A stretch of DNA of 54,672 nucleotides, counting the filler, from Sphacelaria rigidula (lineage: Eukaryota), in assembly GCA_964200075.2 (NCBI GenBank). It is 5 parts of 5 records of this genome, joined end to end, with 100 filler letters (N's around TTAATTAATTAA, not from the genome) between each part and the next. Parts side by side here need not be neighbours in the genome. Positions count along the whole stretch, not along the records: positions 43,819 to 54,672 come from CAXNAA020005789.1; 4 more parts are not named here. One strand, 5' to 3'. A program made the translations under genes and the position numbers. Below the pieces are notes generated by a model that had not been told where the DNA came from, ran no database searches, and worked only from the letters and a program-made list of their open reading frames with translations. Below are positions 50,201-54,672 of the stretch, in pieces (position 1 is the first letter of the stretch; every line of letters begins with the position of its first letter).

Positions 50201-53200
50201 TACGCGCGGCTTACTATTAGGAGTAGGGAGCTGAAATTTGGACATGAGATTTATATTATCATTGCAGGCTGCTTCACGTTGAACGCCCGAAATTTATTCC
50301 CCGGTGATTTATAACCCGAGTTTTTTTTAGTAAGACCCTGAAGTTTCGCAGACGTGTGCTATGAGATATGTCGAAACCTTCTATGGGTGTTTTTTTTTCT
50401 CTCTTTCTATTATTCGCGAGAAATCCGGCGTCCCAGGAGGCGGTATGAGCCGCGGGACCTTCAGGACCCCGCATTTCCGGCGAAACCGAAAAAAAACATG
50501 CATACTAAGTTTCGAAATATCCCATAGCATACGTGCGCAGGTTTTAGATTCTAGTTCGAAAACCCGGTGTGTGAAATCGCGCGCGCGTGCGTTGGAGTGT
50601 ACAAATGTACACGAAACCCCTAATTACTTGCTTATAGTATGCTACCTTCCTTTTTCTTGTGCGCTCAAGCTTGCATTGACCGCTTGGGATCAGCTTTTCG
50701 AGTTAGGGAACGAAACTATGTACACATGTTCCTTGGACTACCTCGCGACGAGTAAAGTTGTTTGATTTTTTGAGACGTTCTGTACCGGCTTCTGGGGGTC
50801 TCAACGTCGTGACCCTCGGGAGCTGGTAGAGGGCGTATAGACCTTGGAATATTCTTCAACGACTTTTTTTCCCTGTTCCGAGCATCCGTATCTACGAAAC
50901 CAAGTTTGAGGATGATGGGTGCTTTTTCACGATAGACAAAAGGAAAACCGTCACGACGTATCGGTCTTTGACTCATATCAGCAGTGGTAGACGACGCCAA
51001 ACCCTCCGTATAACCGAAATATCGCGGTTTGGAGTACAATTCGATCTCATACAAGCCCTTTTCAAATCTGTTCTTCGCGTTAGATTCTCCTGCTGATGGT
51101 GGTTACTGAGGTTTGTTTCATGGTGTGATTGGGTAAAAATTGTCTCGGGAAGGCGCATTTTGAATTCAAGATCAATTTGAAGGCCCCTGATTGGTCGAGA
51201 AACATCTTCACTTGTAGCTCCACAGCAATGGATGCAAGAAAAAGATCTGACGATGTTACACTGTCCGCTTGCTCGTGGGGGTCGGCATTATACCAAGTAG
51301 TATGTTTCTATTGGGTCAGTTTTTCCTTCTGTAGCCGATCGCCCCGGTGGCTCAGTTGGTAACCTCGAAACCTTTTGACAGTTGGTTGGGTCGTGGGTTC
51401 GTATCTCGGAGCGATCTGGGATTTTTTCTCACACCATGCCCAATAGTGGAGAGCGACTATGTCGTGGGTACACGAAATTCGACTTGACGGTGGACGAGGA
51501 AAAGGGACTCCTCAACCCCTCACGCGATGAAGAATAAAGGCAAGCACCGCAGAAGGAAGGTAGAGAACCAAAACACATACAAAAGAAAAAAAGTGCTGTA
51601 TTGACCCTCCTGTGTGACCCCGGCTCGTGCGCCCACATCTCCAGCGGAAGTTGTGGGCCGGCGTCCAGAACAGGTGGGATGACAACACGCAACACATTTG
51701 TTGGGGAATAAATTTAGGGCATTCACCCTGAACCAGTATGTCCGCGGATGTTTCCGAAGCAACAAGGAGAAAACAACAGAATGAGCTATTTGAAATCTCA
51801 GGGGGAGGAAAGGATAATATCATAACTCGATGAAAAGCAAAGACGCGCTGTTGCTTCCGTGAAGAATTCTTGACTTCCGTCCAAAATATCCTTGTAAGTA
51901 TTTCGGCTCAAACCTCCGAAATTGGGCTGCGCGTGCAAAACTTTCGTGTGACAACGCTTCGCCCTGGTGGTCTGACTAATGGAGCAGGCTGCAGACATGG
52001 ACGTCACCGCTTCGAATATTGACATATCTTTCTTTTTTCGCAGGAGCTGGTTCCTTCGTTGAGTTTATGTATTATGCAGTACATTTTTTCTCGTTTTTGT
52101 GGGGGCGACAGGGCGTGCATCAGCAGGTTCGTCTGCAGTTCACAGCGAAAATATGCTCACATCGACCTGATCCGGGGAACTGAAAATATGTTGCGCATCG
52201 GGGTATGCACGTTTGTAGGATATTGCAGCTATTCATAGTAAACGATCCTATCGATAGTGGTTGGTGATGGTTTTTGGTTTGGGTCTTGTCGGTTGTGGTT
52301 AGGTTATGTGAGAGAGTTTCTTTCGATGTGAGGGAAGCAGTGGTCGCCGGTTTTGGGTTACACGTTTGGCAGTGAGATTTACAGTTAACGATCATCTAGG
52401 TCATCCAACCCCATCAAGTTTGATTTTTAACCGGAATATTACAGAGTAGAATAATACTTTGAAGCTAAAACAACTAATGTTGGCCCTTACACCCCAGAGT
52501 AGGTCATCTGTTGAATCGGCATCAATTTCACTCGAAAAGAATATAGTCCAGATGGACTAACCTCGTCGCGGTCTAGGGGTTGAGCTGGAAGTACGTGGTA
52601 TAATCAATGTATATAACCGAGTAGCTAGAATTAAGTGAGAACTTCCGTGAATTACAACAACTACAAAAGCTAGCAGGCACGAGCTGCCACTGCGTGAATA
52701 TATGCCAGCCTTCACTCGGGTAGGATCCTGTCTTTAGACCGCAAGCCTGAGGAACATACTGTTTGTCCTTCTTGTCTAGGTTTTGTGCCAAACGTTGATA
52801 AGTTCCCCATCTCTCTTTGATACCTCTGCCTGTCTTGTCTGTCCATCTCTTCTCTCCTCTTCCGCGCCAAAAACTCAAAACAGGGATTGTACGATTTGTG
52901 TCCGAGTCAAGCGGGAGCGTTCCTCGATGCCGAGGTCGAAGGGGGAATGCAGGGCATGCGAGACATGCTGCTGCAGTGCAATGACCTCCCCGTTCGAGTG
53001 GCGATGCGCGGCTTCTACCTGCATCTCCTTGCCATACTGGCGGAGGCGGAGGGAGATCGGTGAGCCACGTGCCGAAATATGTGGTACACTTGTAGTTGTG
53101 CCCGCACAGGACGTGCGTGTGTGTATGTGTGTTTGTGTGTTGTCATCCCATCTATTTCTGACGCCAGTCTACACCCTTCGGTATATGTGGGCGCATCAGC

Positions 53201-53921
53201 CGGGATCACACAGCTAAAGTGATACAGATATCCCGGGGTTTTGATCGCCCGCCTTTCGTTCACCCCCTCGAGAAAAACAAACGAACGAAAAAGAATGTGT
53301 AGTTCTTCTCTGTAACGAGCGTAGGCGGCGGTTGGAACAAAAATGAAATCTTATTTTAACGCGAGAACCTTTATTTGTCACGGTGTCTGCACTACAAGCC
53401 ATGTTGCTCGGAGCAAAAAAACTAAGCACTGCCCATTGAATTCAATCCTCTCATATCCCAGCCATATCTCGACTACAAGGCAAGTCAGTTAGAACAATAA
53501 CGAACTCTCATCATAAATTTGATCCTTCTCTGTTGTGGTATCTGGACAAGAACGAACTATTATCATTAACGTTAATCCTCCTCTGTTCAGGTATCTGGAC
53601 TATGAGCCAAGCCCGTTGAACGGCGCAGAATCCGACGCGAAATCCGTTGAAGCTGCCGCTGCTCCCACGGTATTCGGACCGCCCAATGCTGCCGGAGCGA
53701 TTGACGCCGTGCCCGTGGAACCGTTACGACAGCGTGCTTGCGCGCGCCTTTCGAGGGTAGTGGACGGGTGGTTGACTCTCCTGCCCGATGCTGCGCGGTC
53801 ATGGGGGCGTTTGGAGCAGTTCCTGGGACTGATCGAAGGAGTGGGGTACATGGGAGACAGGGAAAGAGATTTGCTCATCAATCGGCGCATGGTTTGCCGG
53901 CTGTGCGACTTTTTTTTGCAG
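47291..53921 (+). CDS. Large ubiquitin-specific protease (USP9/USP24/USP34-like), post-catalytic region, 3 internal exons
   Basis: Phase-compatible exons 47291-47738 (FLLDRQLYHPDLSKFVLE...ENLARA...VEQLQ), 52884-53059 (GLYDLCPSQAGAFL...DMLLQCNDLPVRVAM) and 53591-53921 (...WGRLEQFLGLI...RLCDFFLQ). The LLxCxxxxVR and FLxD-like segments recall the region after the USP domain in the USP9/24/34 group. The catalytic Cys/His boxes were not seen. Confidence 0.7.
47925..48205. repeat. Intronic minisatellite of short palindromes
   Basis: Repeated CCTCC(G/A)GAGG units with GGTGCGCG(C/G)CC and GGATTAAACG spacers. Confidence 0.75.
48880..49177. mobile_element. 298-bp Tourist/Harbinger-like MITE with telomere-like repeats
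   Basis: TIRs CCGGCGTTGAGCTACAAATGTTCATGGTTGAC / GTCAACCATAGACATTTGTAGCCTAACGCCGG; internal GGGTTTAGGGTTAGGGG. Confidence 0.75.
51334..51692 (+). mobile_element. tRNA-derived SINE-like repeat
   Basis: GCCGATCGCCCCGGTGGCTCAGTTGGTA...GGGTTCGTATC (A/B boxes) plus the body shared with 19303-19730. Confidence 0.75.
52484..52579. mobile_element. Diverged piggyBac-type MITE (further copies ~46760-46850 and ~54345-54443)
   Basis: Core TGTTGAATCGGCATCAATTTCACT and end CGCGGTCTAGGGG. Confidence 0.7.
53112..53213 (-). mobile_element. 3' fragment of the SINE-like repeat
   Basis: Reverse complement of CTGTGTGATCCCGGCTGATGCGCCCACATATACCGAAGGGTGTAGA...GACAACACAC. Confidence 0.65.
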
Positions 53922-54672
53922 GTGATGCGATGTGATGCTAGGTCGTACGTGTTGTTGTGATGGGCGTTGTTGATTTGACCCTCCCCTGGTGGCCATTTTG
54001 ATCCCCTTCTTTTTATGTTTTTATCTCCTTTTTGTGTGTGTGTGCTTTAGTGGAAATATTTGGCTGGATTGGACGCATACACAGTTTCGATGATGACTTC
54101 CCCAGGCAGCGAGCAGCACGATGCGACGTGGTGCATAGAACGTTAATTGTTCACGCCAAGCCAGCGGACACACCTCGGTGGAGAGATTGCAATTCGAGGG
54201 ATCATTTGGCGCACTTGAGTGCTGCACAACCATAGTACAGTAGAGCCGTGCTTCCTAGCCCCGAGGCGGGTTGAACATTTGATACAGCATATGCCGTGAA
54301 AACAGGCCAGCCACACCCCCTCCCTTCCTTTGAAAACCCGTCAACCCTGAGACGGCGAGAATAGATTATCGCTTGAATCGGCATCAATTTCACTTGAAGA
54401 ATGTATGCATGGTCCAGAGGGACTACCCTTGCGGTCAAAGGGTTGGACATTGGATCTTCGGTTTAGTAGAGTCAAGCTGTCAGCCATCGTATTGGACTGG
54501 GTAGACAAGGTGACGACCACTACGGATTAATCCGTTGGTTTGACGAGGTTCTCAAATAATCAAATGACCAAAGCTCGCACACCCGCCCCACCTACCCCCC
54601 CTATCGCGGACCCCCGATGGGGTTGGCGTCGCTTGGCGATGACGCTGTAAAACACGCCACTCACTACGTAAG

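Noticed and set aside
51334..51420. tRNA gene candidate
   Set aside because: No proper acceptor or anticodon stems; it is the head of a multi-copy SINE-like repeat.

Overview
Eukaryotic, intron-rich, repeat-rich genomic DNA. The gene structure and repeat types are most consistent with a brown alga (Phaeophyceae/stramenopile); this is inference, not a database result. The window is not one locus. Four identical 100-nt linkers (N44-TTAATTAATTAA-N44) split it into five pieces of 10,855, 10,855, 10,854, 10,854 and 10,854 nt, so it is most likely unrelated contigs concatenated in size order. Contig 1 (1-10855) holds a decayed Ty3/gypsy 3' end with LTR, a LINE RT fragment, MITEs and an intronless, frameshifted orphan ORF. 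Contig 2 (10956-21810) holds 8 exons of a calcium-dependent protein kinase (CDPK) with transposon-filled introns. Contig 3 (21911-32764) has no confident gene; it carries MITE clusters, a hairpin-ended element and 305-bp and 165-bp tandem repeats. Contig 4 (32865-43718) holds a C2-domain plus TORTIFOLIA1/SPIRAL2-like HEAT-repeat gene and the 3' exons of a low-complexity protein gene. Contig 5 (43819-54672) holds 3 exons of a USP9/USP24/USP34-like deubiquitinase. No CRISPR array, rRNA or intact tRNA was seen. The most interesting items are the C2-SPR2-like fusion, the orphan ORF, the hairpin-terminated element and self-targeting MITE arrays.
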